Below the pieces are notes generated by a model. It saw nothing but the letters and a program-made list of their open reading frames with translations. It was not told the DNA's origin and made no database searches. Positions 36,530-49,398 of a stretch of 64,000 bases of DNA are shown here, one piece after another (within the stretch, counting starts at the first letter, position 1; the number at the start of each line of letters is the position of its first letter). Position numbers and translations under genes: made by a program. The stretch comes from Squalus acanthias. Lineage: Eukaryota. The stretch is from the NCBI GenBank assembly GCA_030390025.1, contig CM059432.1, forward strand, positions 108,502,001 through 108,566,000, given 5' to 3'.

Positions 36530-38860
36530 TGGAGTTGCAGAGAGGGAGCACTGCTGGATCTAGTAATGGGAAATGAACCAGAACAGATAAGAGAAGTGTA
36601 GGGGAACATCTAGGCAATAGTGATCACAACATAATAAGGTTTAAGATAACGCTTGAGAAGGACAAAAGTAAGATAAAGACTAAATTAATAAATTGGAAAA
36701 AGTTGATTTCAAGGAAATGAAAATGGAACTAAGGAAAATAAACTGGAAAAAATTACCGCCAAACAAAGAAATCGAGCACCATTTAAAATGGTAATCAATA
36801 GAGTCCAACAGAAATATATCCCACAAAAAAGCAAGAACAAACTAGCCAGTAATGACACACCATGGATGAATAAAGAAATACGGGCAAAATTGAAACTAAA
36901 GAAAAATACATATACTAAGTACATAGACAATAAAGGAGAGGATGACAAAAGGGAATACAAAAAGGTTAGGAAAGAAGTAAAAAAAAGAAGGCAAAGAGAA
37001 TCTACAAAATTAAATTATCAAGGAATATAAAAAGAAATAGTATTCTACAGTAACATAATTAACAAAAGAAAAATTAGGATAGGGATAGGGCCACTAAGGG
37101 ATACACACAATAAACTCACAGGTAATGACAGCGAAATGGCAGAAATATTAAATAATTACTTGCCTCGGTATTTACCAGGGCGACTAACATGGTGGACATG
37201 ACATTAGAAAAAGAGATCAACAAAGATATAAAGACATTTAAGATAGAAAGGGGGGAGACAATTGATAAACTAATCAAACTTAGAGAGGATAAAACCCCTG
37301 GTCCAGATGGATTGCATCCGCACATATTAAAATAAATTAGGGAAGTGATAGCAGAGGCACTATTACACATATATTTAAAAAATCACTAGAAAAGGGAATA
37401 GTGTCAGACGACTGGCAGGCAGCTAATGTGATTCCTATATGTAAAAAGGGAGATAGAAAAAGCCCAGGGAACTATCGACCAATTAGCTCAACATCTGTGG
37501 TAGGAAAGATAATGGAAACCTTATTCAAAGATGTAATCAAAAAACATCTAGAAACTGAAAGTATAATAAAGAGTAGTCAGCATGGATTCTAAAAGGGAAG
37601 GTCATGCTTGACCAACCTTATTGAATTCTTTGAAGAAATAACAGATAGGTTAGATAAGGGTAATGTAGTAGATGTAATATATTTGGACTTCCAAAAAGCC
37701 TTCGATAAAGTACCACACAGTAGACTCATGACCAAGGTCAGAACATGTGGTGTCAGAGGACAAGTAACAGAATGGGTAGCAAGCTGGTTACAAAACAGCA
37801 AACAGAGAGTAGGGGTTAAAGGTAGTTACTCAGATTGGCAAATGGTGGGAAGTGGTGTTCCACAAGGATCAGTGCTGGGACCACTGTTGTTCACCATTTA
37901 CATAAACGATTTGGACAATGGAATTGGAAGTACAATTTCAAAATTTGCGGATGACACCAAACTGAGGGTGTAGTTAATACAGCGGAGGGCTGCGGCAAAA
38001 TACAGGAAGATCCTAATAAACTTGCAGATTGGCTGTGTAATTGGCAAATGAATTTCAATATAGGTAAGTGCGAGGTAATAAATTTTGGTAGGAAGAATAA
38101 GGAGGCCACATACTCCTTGGAAGATAAGTGTCTAAATGGGGTAGAGGAACAGAGGGATCTGGGGGTACAGATACAGAGATGCCTAAAAGTAGAGACACAG
38201 GTTAATAAGGCCATAAGAAAAGCAAACAAAGCACTGGGGTTAATTTCTAGAGGGATAGCATTGAAAAGCAGAGAATTTATGAACTTGTATAGAAACTTGG
38301 TTAGACCACACTTGGAAAACTGTGAACAGTTCTGGTCTCCATATTATAAAAAGGATATAGCGGCACTGGAGAAAGTGCAATTTTTTTTTACTAGAGTGAT
38401 ACCAGAACTGAGAGGTTATATGTATCAGGAAAGATTGAACAGGCTAGGGCTCTATTCTCTAGAAAAGAGAAGACTGTCAGGTGACCTGATAGAGCTCTTT
38501 AAGATTACTAAAGGTTTTGATAGGTTAAACGTAGAGAAGATGTTTCCACTTGCGGGGGGCGACCAGAACTAGGGTCTAAATATAAGATAGTCACTAATAA
38601 ATCTAATAGGGAATTCAGGAGAAACTTCTTTACCCAGAGAGTAGTTAGAATGTGGAACTCGCTACCACAGGGAGTAGTTGAGGCGAATAGCATAGATGCA
38701 TTCAAGGGGAATCTAGATAAACACATGAGGGAGAAAGGAATAGAAGGATATGTTGATGGGGTCAGATGAAGAGGGGTGGGAGGAGGTTCGTGTGGAGCAT
38801 AAACACTGGCATGAACCTGTTAGACTGAATGGCCTGTTTCTGTGCTGTAAGTACTTTGTA
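36530..38860 (+). mobile_element. Older CR1 LINE ORF2 (disrupted)
   Basis: GNSDHN endonuclease end, [33 protein letters not shown], and 3' UTR. Confidence 0.92.
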
Positions 38861-38949
38861 AACGGTACCTCACTGCCCAATGCCCATTCATGGTAAGGTT
38901 TGAAAGTTCTTTAAGGCAGTGAAAAGGGGTAATCATTTTAAATATCAAA

Positions 38950-39970
38950 ATTTTGATTGACTCAGCATCCACAGCTTTTTGGGGGAGAGTGTTCCACATT
39001 TCAATTACCCTTTGTGTGAAAAGTGCTTTCTGATTCCATTGCTAACTGCCGTAGCTCTAATTTTAAGCATTCCCCACCAGAGGAAATAGCTTCTCTGGAA
39101 CAATCATATTGAATTCTTTTATCATTTTAAAGAACTCAATTAGATCACCCCTCAACCTTCTAACCTCATTGGAATACAAAGCAAGTTTCTGCAACCTGGC
39201 CTCATAATTTACCCCTTTAAGCCCCGATATTCTGGTGAATCAGTGCTGTACACTCAAAGGCTAGTATATCTTTCCTGAGGTACCGTGCCCAAAATTGAAT
39301 GCAGTACTCCAGATGTGGTCCGACCAAAACTCTTTATACCTTACTTTTGTATCCAACACCCTTGAGATAAAGGCCAACATTCCATTAGCCCTTTTGATTG
39401 CTATTTTTATCTGTGCACTAGCTTTTAGTGATTTGTGTACATGGACACCTAACTCCCTTTGCTGTTCCACAGATATTAGTTTCTCCCCATTAAGAAAATG
39501 TTCCGATTTTTCTTTCTTGGATCAAAAGTGGATAACCTCATACTTCCCCACATTGAACTCCATTTGCCACAGATTTACCCATGCATGTAATCTGTTTATG
39601 TCTCCTTGTAATTTCCTGCTCTCATCTGCACAACTTACTGTGACTCGTAACTTGGTGTCATCTGCAAACTTGAAGATACAGCTCCCTATTTCTTCATCCA
39701 ATTCATTGATATATATGATGAAAACCTGAGGCCTTTTATCCCTGGAGAACACCATTTGTAACATCCTACCAATCAGAGAATGATCACTTTATCCTTTCTC
39801 TCTGTCTCCTACCTCACAACCAATTACCAATCCATGCCATAATTCTGTGCACTTTCATTTTTGGTAATCTCTTGTGCGGAACATTATCAAATGCCTTTCT
39901 GAAAATCCATATAGACAACATCCATAGACACTCCCCATCCATTATGCTAGTGACCTCCTCAAAAAAATTG
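38950..39970 (-). mobile_element. Old CR1 RT fragment
   Basis: [38 protein letters not shown]. Confidence 0.85.
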
Positions 39971-40507
39971 TCTAGATCAGTTCACTAAAGCCCATTTAGG
40001 AGGGCATTCAAAAAGTCAGGTCTGGAGGTGACAAAGACACAAATGAGTGTTTCTGCGGCTGTAGAAGTGGGCAATATTACAAAGATGGAAGTAGACAATC
40101 TTGATATGTATGGAATTGATGGCTCAGCTTAGGGTCAAGCATGATACAAAGGTTGCACAGCATTGGGTTGGGCTTGAATAGGAAATCAGGAAGAGGGATG
40201 AGATCAGGGATAAGATGGCGAGGCTCTGATGGCCTTGCCAATGTTGAGTTTCAAAGATCTGGCTCATCTACAACTAGATAATAAGTGCAGTGGCAGTCGT
40301 TAAATCAAGAGTGATGTTTGAGAGAGTGCTGGGTATTGTCTACATTCCTATGAAAAATGCCCCTATATTTGGGGATGATGAGGATCTGAGGGGACCAAGG
40401 AGGATATCTTGGGACACGTTGGAGATGACCTTGTAGCCATAACATGACTAGCTGTAAGGGAATAAATATAATTGGAGATAAACCATTACATATTATATAG
40501 AGGTCAT

Positions 40508-40632
40508 GATGTGGAGATGCCGGCGTTGGACTGGGGTGGACAAAAATGAGAAGTCGCACAACACCAGGTTATAGTCCAACAGATTTATTTAAAATTACAA
40601 GCTTTCGGAGCTGTCGCTCCTTCTTCAGGTAG
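40508..40632 (-). mobile_element. Penelope-like terminus with hammerhead motif (40596-40631)
   Basis: Near-identical to 21707-21830; minus strand TAC-CTGAAGA-A-GGAGC(gaca)GCTCC-GAAA-GCTT-GTA. Confidence 0.8.
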
Positions 40633-40739
40633 GGTAACTGTGAGAGAATCTCCCAGAATTCACAATATAAACACAGAAAAAATGTATTCAAATCTTTCCC
40701 TACATCAAAGACACACTAAGAGCACAGCCAAGACAATGA

Positions 40740-41091
40740 GATGTGTCCCAGGGACCCCTCCGGCTCCTTTTCCTTGACCTGCTGCTACTTGCTGAGGCAG
40801 CTGCACAGCCAACAATGCTGAGAATGAGATTCTGCAGCATCAATGAACCTCCCCTTTAAGAACTGGAAAAAGCTTATGGCAATCATGACTTGCGATTAGA
40901 CTGCACCTGATATTGGTCCACCCTTTGAGTGTAACACCAATGAGCTTGGGCTTAAAGACTTGAATTAGCATTCCAATGATTTCTTTGAGCAGTGAGAATG
41001 AATTTTGTGTGCAGTCTAATGCATTAGCGCCTGCCGCTAATTCTCCAATAATTATACCACCCATTCCTGGGCTATAATAAATTTCTAGCCG
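40740..41091 (-). mobile_element. Harbinger ORF2-side terminal fragment
   Basis: CCCCTTTAAG...CATGACT...GATATTGGTCCAC matches 27830-27930; ends AATTTCTAGCC. Confidence 0.55.
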
Positions 41092-41769
41092 TAGATCTTT
41101 AGTCATCCAGGGAGCTCTAGCTTTGGACGCCCTTCCTTTCCCCTCGTGGGAATGTGTCTTGTCTGTACCCGAACAATCTCCTCTTTGAAGGCCTCCCATT
41201 GCTCGTTTACTGTTTTACTTTGATTCCAATCCTATTGGGCCAGATCCCCTTTCAACTGACTGAATTTAGCCCTCATCCAGTTGAATGTCTTTACGTTTGA
41301 TTGTTCCTTGTTCTTTTCCATAACTACTCTAAACCTAATGACCATAATATTTACTCGTTGCCGTGAAGAGAGCATTTCCAGACAGGAAACCTTTAAAAAA
41401 AAATTTCAGCAGGTTTCCCGCCCAACAGGTAGACTGATTGACAGGCTGGCTGCCTGTCGGGTGGAAAAGCAGCCGGTGAGCATATGCCAGGTAAATAGGA
41501 GATCGCGGGGGAGGTGGTGGGAGGAGTCAGAAATTGCGGTGGGGAGGTGAGTGGGGGAACTCGGAGATCGGGGCGGGGGGGGGGAAGGAACTCGGTGATC
41601 TGCAGAAGGGTGGGGGGAGCCGGATTAGATTTATTGATGACCATCTTATATTTATGGCCCCTTGTTTTGGTCTCCCCCACAAGTGGAAACATCTTCTCTG
41701 CATCTACCATATCAAACTTATTACAGTCTGAAGGCATTATTTAAGATGAAAACCTTTTTAAAGACTGAA

Positions 41770-42351
41770 TTCACAAATCTTTGAAGGTGGCAGGATAAGT
41801 TGATAAGGCTGTTAAAAAGCATGCAGGATCCTTGGCTTTATAAATAGAGGAATAGAGTACAAATGCAAGGAAGCTATGCTAAACCTTTATAAATCACTGT
41901 TTAGTGCCCAGCTAGAGTATTGTTTCCAATTTAGGAAGTATGTCAAGGCCTTGGAGAGGGTGCATAGGCAATTTACTAGAATAGTATCAGGGGTGAGGGA
42001 CTTCAGTTATGTAGAGAGACCAGAGAAGTTGGGATTGTTCTCCTTGGAGCAGAGAAAGTTATGGGGAGATTTAATGGAGATGTTTAAAATCATGAAGAAT
42101 TTTGATAAAGTAAACAAGTCTCCACTGCAGGCAAGTCGATAACCAAAGGGCACAGATTTAAGATAATTGGCAAAAGAACCAGAGGCGAGGTGAGGAGAAA
42201 GGGAATTGGATATATACTTGAAAAGGAAAAATTTGCAGGGCTATGGGGAAAGAGCGTGGCAGTGGAATTAATTGGATTGATCCTTCAAAGAGCCGGCACA
42301 GGCACGATGGGTGGAATGGCCTCCTTTTGTGCTGTATGATTCTGTGATTCT
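41770..42351 (+). mobile_element. CR1 3' fragment (smaller CR1 pieces at 41092-41345, 41625-41720, 42480-42930)
   Basis: MLNLYKSL...LGLFSLEQRKLWGDL and ATTCTGTGATTCT tail. Confidence 0.85.
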
Positions 42352-43612
42352 AAAACATCCTCAGGCCAGGTGGTAGAGATCAGCGAAGAAATCTGTAGGG
42401 CATTGGCTATCACTGGACATTGATAAGAAAGCAGGCAAACATAATACCTGCATTTAAAAGGCCAATAAATCTGACCTAGGCAACAGCAGGCCTTAAGCCT
42501 CTCAAGAATAAGAGGCAAAGTAATGGGATCTTTTCTAAGAGGCAGGATAAAGGAGCAGCTTTGTAGCAATAGGCAGTAGCCAGCATGGATTTAGAAGGGG
42601 AAAGTCCTGCCTGACAATCTTGCTTAACTTCCTTTGCGGTTGCTACAGATAATATAGATTGTGTCACTCCCTGAGCTATAATTGTTTTTGACTTTTCAGA
42701 AAGTTTTTAACAAAGTTTCATATGAAAGGCTTCTAATTAAACTGAAAGCCACAATAATACAAGCGGATAAAACGCTGATTAAATAGGAAACTGAGAACTA
42801 ATTAGAGGTGTAATGTCAAATTTAGCGGGGGTGGTGTTGAGTGGATTTCACAAATTTAAGTGTTTGGATCCTATTGTCTCTAATCTGAATGGCCTCTCCT
42901 CATCCTTGATGGTTGTTTATGCTCTTAATCCTGTTCTTATTGCAAGTGACACTTTTCTTAAATTGCCTCCTTAAAAAAAACACGCACACACTTCATTTGA
43001 TTTACAAATGAGGAGCTTAATGGGAGTTTCATACTAACTCATCCTACTTGACTCCTGTGGGGATTTTTATTTTAAATACCAACCATTATATTTTCCTTGT
43101 AGATTTGAATTGATTATACACAGACCTGTGGAATACCCAGTTTAATTGCGGTTGTTGGGGGGTACCTTTTTATAATTCGCTGTTGATGTAGGTTAAGAGT
43201 CTTTCTGACTTGCGGGGCAATCTATTAATTTCTCCCTCTTCTCATTCAACTAAGTGCTTCCCTTTATTCAAATTTCAGTATTAAATTTCAGTTAGTGTCA
43301 TCACAAGGGTGATACACGAATGGTCCTACATTGTTCACCTTTGTGTACAAACAGCCCTTCTTTATACCAGTACTGCCAAATCATAAAAGCAGGGAAGAGT
43401 CACTAATATAATAAAAGATAATTAAGGAATGGACAACATGGTGTAAAATAAAGAGATCATTAAAGTCACAGAGAGGTAGTAAACTCGAGCAAGGTTTGAT
43501 GAATAAGAACTTGTAAGAAAGTGATCTCCAATAGTATGTTTTTAAGTAGTCTGTTGTTTGTTTCATACAGAAAACTGCCTATATTCTACTCGCCAAATAC
43601 ACATAATGTTCT

Positions 43613-45610
43613 GGCTGCAAAATTGGGACCTTTAGCATTAGCTGTTAAGGCCGGTTTGGCAGAAAAAATGCTGCCCACCTTGCTTCCGCCCACTTCCGGC
43701 ACAGAACGCGGGGGCAGCCATTCTGGGCAGGTCAGCAGCAATGCCGTTGCCTGCGCTCGCCGCACATATTTAAACGATGCAGATTGTGACGTCATTCGGC
43801 ATGATTTGACACACGATCTGTGATTTTCGATGTCGCTGCTCTTAATACCGCCCTCTTCAAACCACGCACAGAAGAAAGTGCGTGTAGCAGTACAACAGAG
43901 ACTCTGCCAGCGCTTCTTAAAGAGACACACACAACTTTCAGGTAAGTTTAGATTTTTGCTTTTGGAGTGTTTTTCTTGCATTTTATTGGAGTCGTGGCTT
44001 GGTGCAATACATTAAAAAAGTTGTTAAAGTGTGCTGGACGTTTGCAAGACTTTGGCTGTTAAAGGAAGGCCTCTGAGCACATCATTTGCTCCAACTCCTG
44101 GGGGCTCCAGTTGCAGTCCCCCTTGGGCTGCAGCATCACATGGCGACGCGACAGAGGCAGCAAAGGGGACAAGCTGCTCGCAGAGGGAGGGGGAAGCAGA
44201 AGAGGAAACAGCAGAAGAGTAAAAAGCAGAAGGAAGGAAGCAACCCAAACAGCACCTTTCTGGCCGGGACATCCGGGATCGAATCATCCGCCTGCAGTAC
44301 CAGTGAACACAACCCCAATTCCCCTTTCAACATTTGTCCCACACCTTACCTTCCCTCTGTTTCTGACCATCATTAACTCCTCTAGGCCACAATGCTGAAA
44401 TAAAAGCCACCACAAAGAAAACTTTCCAATCCAACTTTATACATCTACCATCTAATATGACATCAAGAAATCAACTAATCACCCTTGTGCATTCCCTTAG
44501 TGACTGTCTTGTGTGTGCCTTTGCCTAGCCTACTGATGTCATGCAGTGCTACCCCAGTGGCACCAGCATGGCTGGTGGAAGGCTGCTGACTTTCAGTGGG
44601 GGACACTGCAAATGGCCTTGTAGGATGACCTCAAGGAGCTGGTGGCTGGGAGTGTGAAATCGGGTGATGGTGTTTCTTCCTCTTCTTCACCCTTCTCTCC
44701 CTCTTCTTGGTCAACAACTGGCTGGGCAGGCTGGATTTCTTTGGTGTCTGAAATGAGGAAGGCACAAAGGTGGAGTTGTGGTGAGGGGAGGGCGGGAAAG
44801 CAAGAGGTGCATGCGAGAAGGAGGATAACATATGAGGATAGCGGCATCTTGTATCCTTTCAGCCCCGCTGCTGGCCAAGGGCTCAGCCATGCCCCTGCCA
44901 AGAATGGCCAGCACTGTCTCCTCTAAGGGGGTGAGGTGAAGCTAGGAATGGGAGGTGTGCCTCGTGTTTGGTACAGATTGTTGGTAGATGAGTGATCAGG
45001 GGTTCGTGTATTGAGCAGTGTGTGAGGCTAGTGGTGCAGCTGGTAGGAGACGGCTTTTGAAGGTGCATTCACTGACCTTGACCACTGGCCTGAGGTCATT
45101 AAACTTCTTTGGACACTGGAGCCAGGTCCTGGGTGCGACACTGCTGGCAGTGACCACCTCGATGATCTGGTCCCACATCCTTCTTTCTGGAGGGTTTCCT
45201 GGCCCCAGTGCGTAAAGGACCTCTCTTGCAGTGTTGACCCCCTGCACAAAGCTGGAGTGCTGTGTGGGAGACCCTGAGTGCCCTTTCCCTGGCCTGTTGA
45301 GCCATTTGTGTTAGTGCTGAAGCACTTTTAGCATTTTTTATGTTTAGAACACAGTTCAGCTTTAAGAGCTGCAGACTGCCTTGAAGAGGAGCAGGCTAGC
45401 TTTAAGTAAAGCTAGCTTCACTCCAGCAACGTGAAATTCGGCCACCTTGCTGAGCGCACAGCCAGTCAGTAGCGCGTTCTGTGCTAGACTGTGTGCTCTT
45501 CTCATGTTAATTAGCAGGCAGTACTAAATTGATGTTTTCTGAACGGACGTGGGATTATCTCGCATAGCGGTGCCCACACCCGTTTTTTAGCGCTATCAAA
45601 TTTCACTCCC
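43613..45610. mobile_element. Internally deleted Harbinger copy F
   Basis: TIRs GGCTGCAAAATT / AATTTCACTCCC, TSD TCT. Myb exon remnant at 45305-45077 (-; WDQII...QCPKKFNDL); acidic transposase tail at about 44190-44300. Confidence 0.75.
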
Positions 45611-45984
45611 TCTATGTTCATAGCTAACATTTACTGGTAAGGAATTGAACTGAAAGTAGAATATTTCTTTGACAACTCATGCTCATTTCTTCCACAGATT
45701 TTCTTTCTTCATACTACATGCAGTTGCCTTAATCCAGACTCAGTGGTTGAATCTGCAAAAATCAAACTTACACTGCCATTTGTGTGCTAATTAAACTTTT
45801 GCCAAATGCACAAATTACTGCGCTACATGTGCACACATCACTTGCTATGATCTTGTGTTCACAAGTATCTTTCTGGGTTCATCCAATGGACATATATCTA
45901 TTAACAATGTATTGCCTCCAAAATGTTTCCAAGGTGAAAGATTTTATTCCAGACTGATCTAGAGTGCTGAATTTCCTTTATTTA

Positions 45985-46160
45985 TTTTTTTATATTTGTT
46001 CTCGGTATGCGGGCAACACTGGAAAAGCAGCATTTATTGCTCGTCCCTAGTTGCGCTGAGGGCAGCAAGAGTCAACCATGTAATGTGGGATTGGAGTCAT
46101 GTATAGGCCAGACGGGGTAGGGGTGGCAGGTTCCCTTTCCTGGCGACGTCAGTGAACCCA
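45985..46160 (-). mobile_element. SINE/LINE 3' tail fragment
   Basis: GCAGCATTTATTGCTCGTCCCTAGTTG resembles the tail at 21260-21290. Confidence 0.45.
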
Positions 46161-48050
46161 TTGCTATTGTCCCATGTCTAACAACTGACGCTGCTTTTGA
46201 GATTTTGAGCACCCTTTTTCTCTTTGGAAGGAACATATCTAACTGATCCAGCAAAGAAAAGCCTGCTGATCCTCACTTTCAAGAGCTGAATATCACATTC
46301 TTATTGGGCGGGGGGGGGGGGGTGGAACTTTCATCTCTTTTACAAGACTTTTACAAGGGATCCCTTGTGAATCACTCTTGTGTGATCTGGAGCACCAGCC
46401 TTAGACCTTCCTTATTTCAACAGCATTCACAACAACCTCTTCAAAACTGTGTCAAATGTTTCTGACAGAGACTTCATCATGGTCTATCTAGTTTTTCTGT
46501 TCATAACCCACTCTTTTACTGCTATGTTTCGTTGATTTTTTTTATTTCTATGAATTCATGCAAGCTTTAAAACATGTGATTCAAAAAAAAGTGAGTAGCA
46601 TTCCTTTCTTGGGCCTTCAGTTTTTTGCAGCGTCTCCTCTTGGACTATTTCCCTTTGCACAATCTATTGTTCCAAATGAAGTAGTGTATTTTATAACCAC
46701 GAACAAACTTAATCCTAACCATACTAGTAAATGGGAATCCTTGTGACTGACAGAACAAATACACTCTTCTATGGAATAAATAAGTTTATAACACTACGGT
46801 TAGCACTACTTCCTGTGACAAGGTTATCACTCTTTCAAGCTGCATAAATCAACTGTAAAAATTAAAGAAAAAAAACTAGATAACTAAGGCTGCATCTTTG
46901 CATGAAATATCATAATTTTACAATTCAGAAAATTGTAAAATTATATTTTTTCAAGTGTTTTGAAGAAAATTTGCTTTTCGCAATAGTGATCAACCTCACT
47001 CGCCTCAAAAAATAAAACCTCAGCATATAAAGCAAATCGTTTGTCATTTCCTTCCAACCTGCCTTATTTATTTTCAGAAAGGATGGACATTAGTTGGAAA
47101 CCAGTTGTTAAAGGCTGACCAATTCTGGGATGCCAAATCAGTACGTGGGTTCTCTTTTTTTTAGATGAACCAACCTTCAGACATCAAAAGACAACATAAT
47201 AAGGCACTTCAACCACAATTCAGTATTATATTCAACATCTAAAGGCTCATCTGTTGTCAGTTTGCATTTACTGCTCAAGGGATGTGACGCTTCTGTCATC
47301 ATTCTGTCAAGGGGAGCCTGGCAGAAAAAAAAACAGCACTTATTTCACGCACTTAGTGTTTTATGAAATAGGACAAACTCATTCAGAGTCAACAAAAATA
47401 GAGGGATAATTTGAAAAAGGTCATGCACAGACAAAGAAAGTTGTATTGATTGTATGATTAGGAGACATCATATAAGCAAGTTTACATGGGCTTGCTGTGA
47501 TTCTGTTGGTTTATTTAACAATATGCCTTATTCAGCATGTAAAATGGTCGATTACTGAAATCATGGTCTGAGAGAGGGAATGACAAATGCAGTTAACCAA
47601 AATAATTCCTATGAGCAATAATTGAGGGAACATTTATCTGAAAAATAAATAAAAACAGTTTATTTTATTCACTGTTTCTGTATTCTTATAAAGTCAATAT
47701 TCAATTTGAACCTCCTAATCTTCTATTTCTGGCCCTATATAGAGATCATTGATGCTTCGAGGGTTTTGAAAAAAATCGTCCCCCTTAAAGTTTGCTAAGT
47801 AAAAGGCTCTTTGTTTTCGCTGTGTAATAATTTGTTGGTGGTGTACACAAGCCAAGCCACTCAGTGGCTCAGACTCAGTGAAGTATTTCTCAAGCATTTA
47901 CTTTCAGTTCCTCAAACACGGGATGAATTCTTATGTCAACTGCACGACGTATTCCCTCGGACAAAAGACACATTGTTGCAGTCAATGCAGTTTGTACTTC
48001 CCGTTGATAAACCGTGCCTGGAACAATTTTTAAAGTCAACACAACATATT

Positions 48051-49398
48051 GGGCCAACATTTGCGATCGGTGGCTTCCTGCGGGCGGATGCCTCCGACCT
48101 GCAAAATGTCTACGAAAGTACCTGGTGGCCCAGGAGGTTTACGGGGCTAAAAATAAACTTACCTTTTTGAAGAGTATTTTTAATTTATAAATGAGTGATA
48201 ACATTTTATTTTTCTATTTTTTAAAACTCTTAGGGGTAAAAATTCAGTTGGTTGCGCCTCCCGTTAGCGCCTTAAGAGGGCGCTAATGGGGCGCAAAGCC
48301 GCTAACGCCCGGGCGCAGCGATGTTTGCGCCGCTCGGGAACTTAACTTGACATTGTGCGGCGGCGCTAAAACTTACCGCTGCGACCACCTGCGCGCGCAG
48401 ATTGTGACGTCATTCCATGGTGCAACGCCCTTGTGGCGCCCCGGCGCGGAAATTGAGTGGCGCCCCCTGCCTTACCGCCTGGCGCTTCCAACGACCAGAA
48501 GACTGGAACGCTATCAATCGCTGTGGGGCTGGGGGGGGCGCTATTTAAAGGGGGCCTCTTCCTGTCTTTTATTGTTGGTGGCATTTTTGAACTATGCATT
48601 CTGAGAGAGAGAGGGAGAGACTTCTGGAGAGATTCAACGTTGTGTGAAGGAGTTTTGGGTACTGAGCAGCACTTTGCAGGTTCATTTTGATTTGCCATTC
48701 CTTGTATCGATTTAGCAGAGACTGTGGGAGCTGCACTCTGAGCTCTTTGCCTGGTACTCTCCATTGTTCTTTCCAGCACATTTGATGTGCAAGTCTCTCC
48801 AGGCCGAGATTCAAGGCTGCAATGAACAGGATGTGGATGGAAAGCAAGATTAACCATCCCCTTTAAGAACTGGCCCGTGCCATTGTGTGTGTGTTCCATT
48901 GCTGACTGACATTACATGAGCTTCGCCAGCGCTCTGAGTTAGCGCCTCACTGCTCGGCCTTTGCGCCTTAAGACAGGTGTGCAGCGCCTGCTTTAGCGCT
49001 CCACTCACCTCCCGGGGCGGTAAAAGTGAAGTTTCCTGTTAGTGCCGATAATTAGCGCCAGGCGCTAATATTTGCGTCCAGACGATATTTGCGCCCCAAA
49101 TGGGGCGCGACCTAATTTCTACCCCTTATGCTGGTAAAAGCAGGCCTTACACCTGCTTTTACCAGGCATAAGAATTTGACAGGCATTCAGCGGGCGGAAG
49201 CTGGGCAAATAGCGCAACTCTCCACCTGCAGAGGCCCATCTCCCGCGGATGCGGAGGATCTGTCAAGAGGATTCTTGACAGATCGCAAGTGCCAGGTTTC
49301 AGCGCATATGCTTCACATACCTAAACCTGGAACTTGCGCAGCCTCTACAGGTGCGTGCGCACCTCATACGCACTCGTGGGGGTCGCAAAATACGGCCC
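48051..49398. mobile_element. MITE (GGGCC termini) hosting a family-2 MITE
   Basis: Imperfect TIRs GGGCCAACATTTGCGATC / GGTCGCAAAATACGGCCC. Confidence 0.6.
48233..49125. mobile_element. Harbinger-type MITE (family 2), copy 2
   Basis: TIRs GGGGTAAAAATT / AATTTCTACCCC, TSD TTA; colinear with 1647-2539. Confidence 0.9.

Noticed and set aside
47078..47140. Possible 63-bp exon (TTTTCAG...GTACGT; KGWTLVGNQLLKADQFWDAKS)
   Set aside because: No recognisable homology or partner exons; such signals occur by chance.
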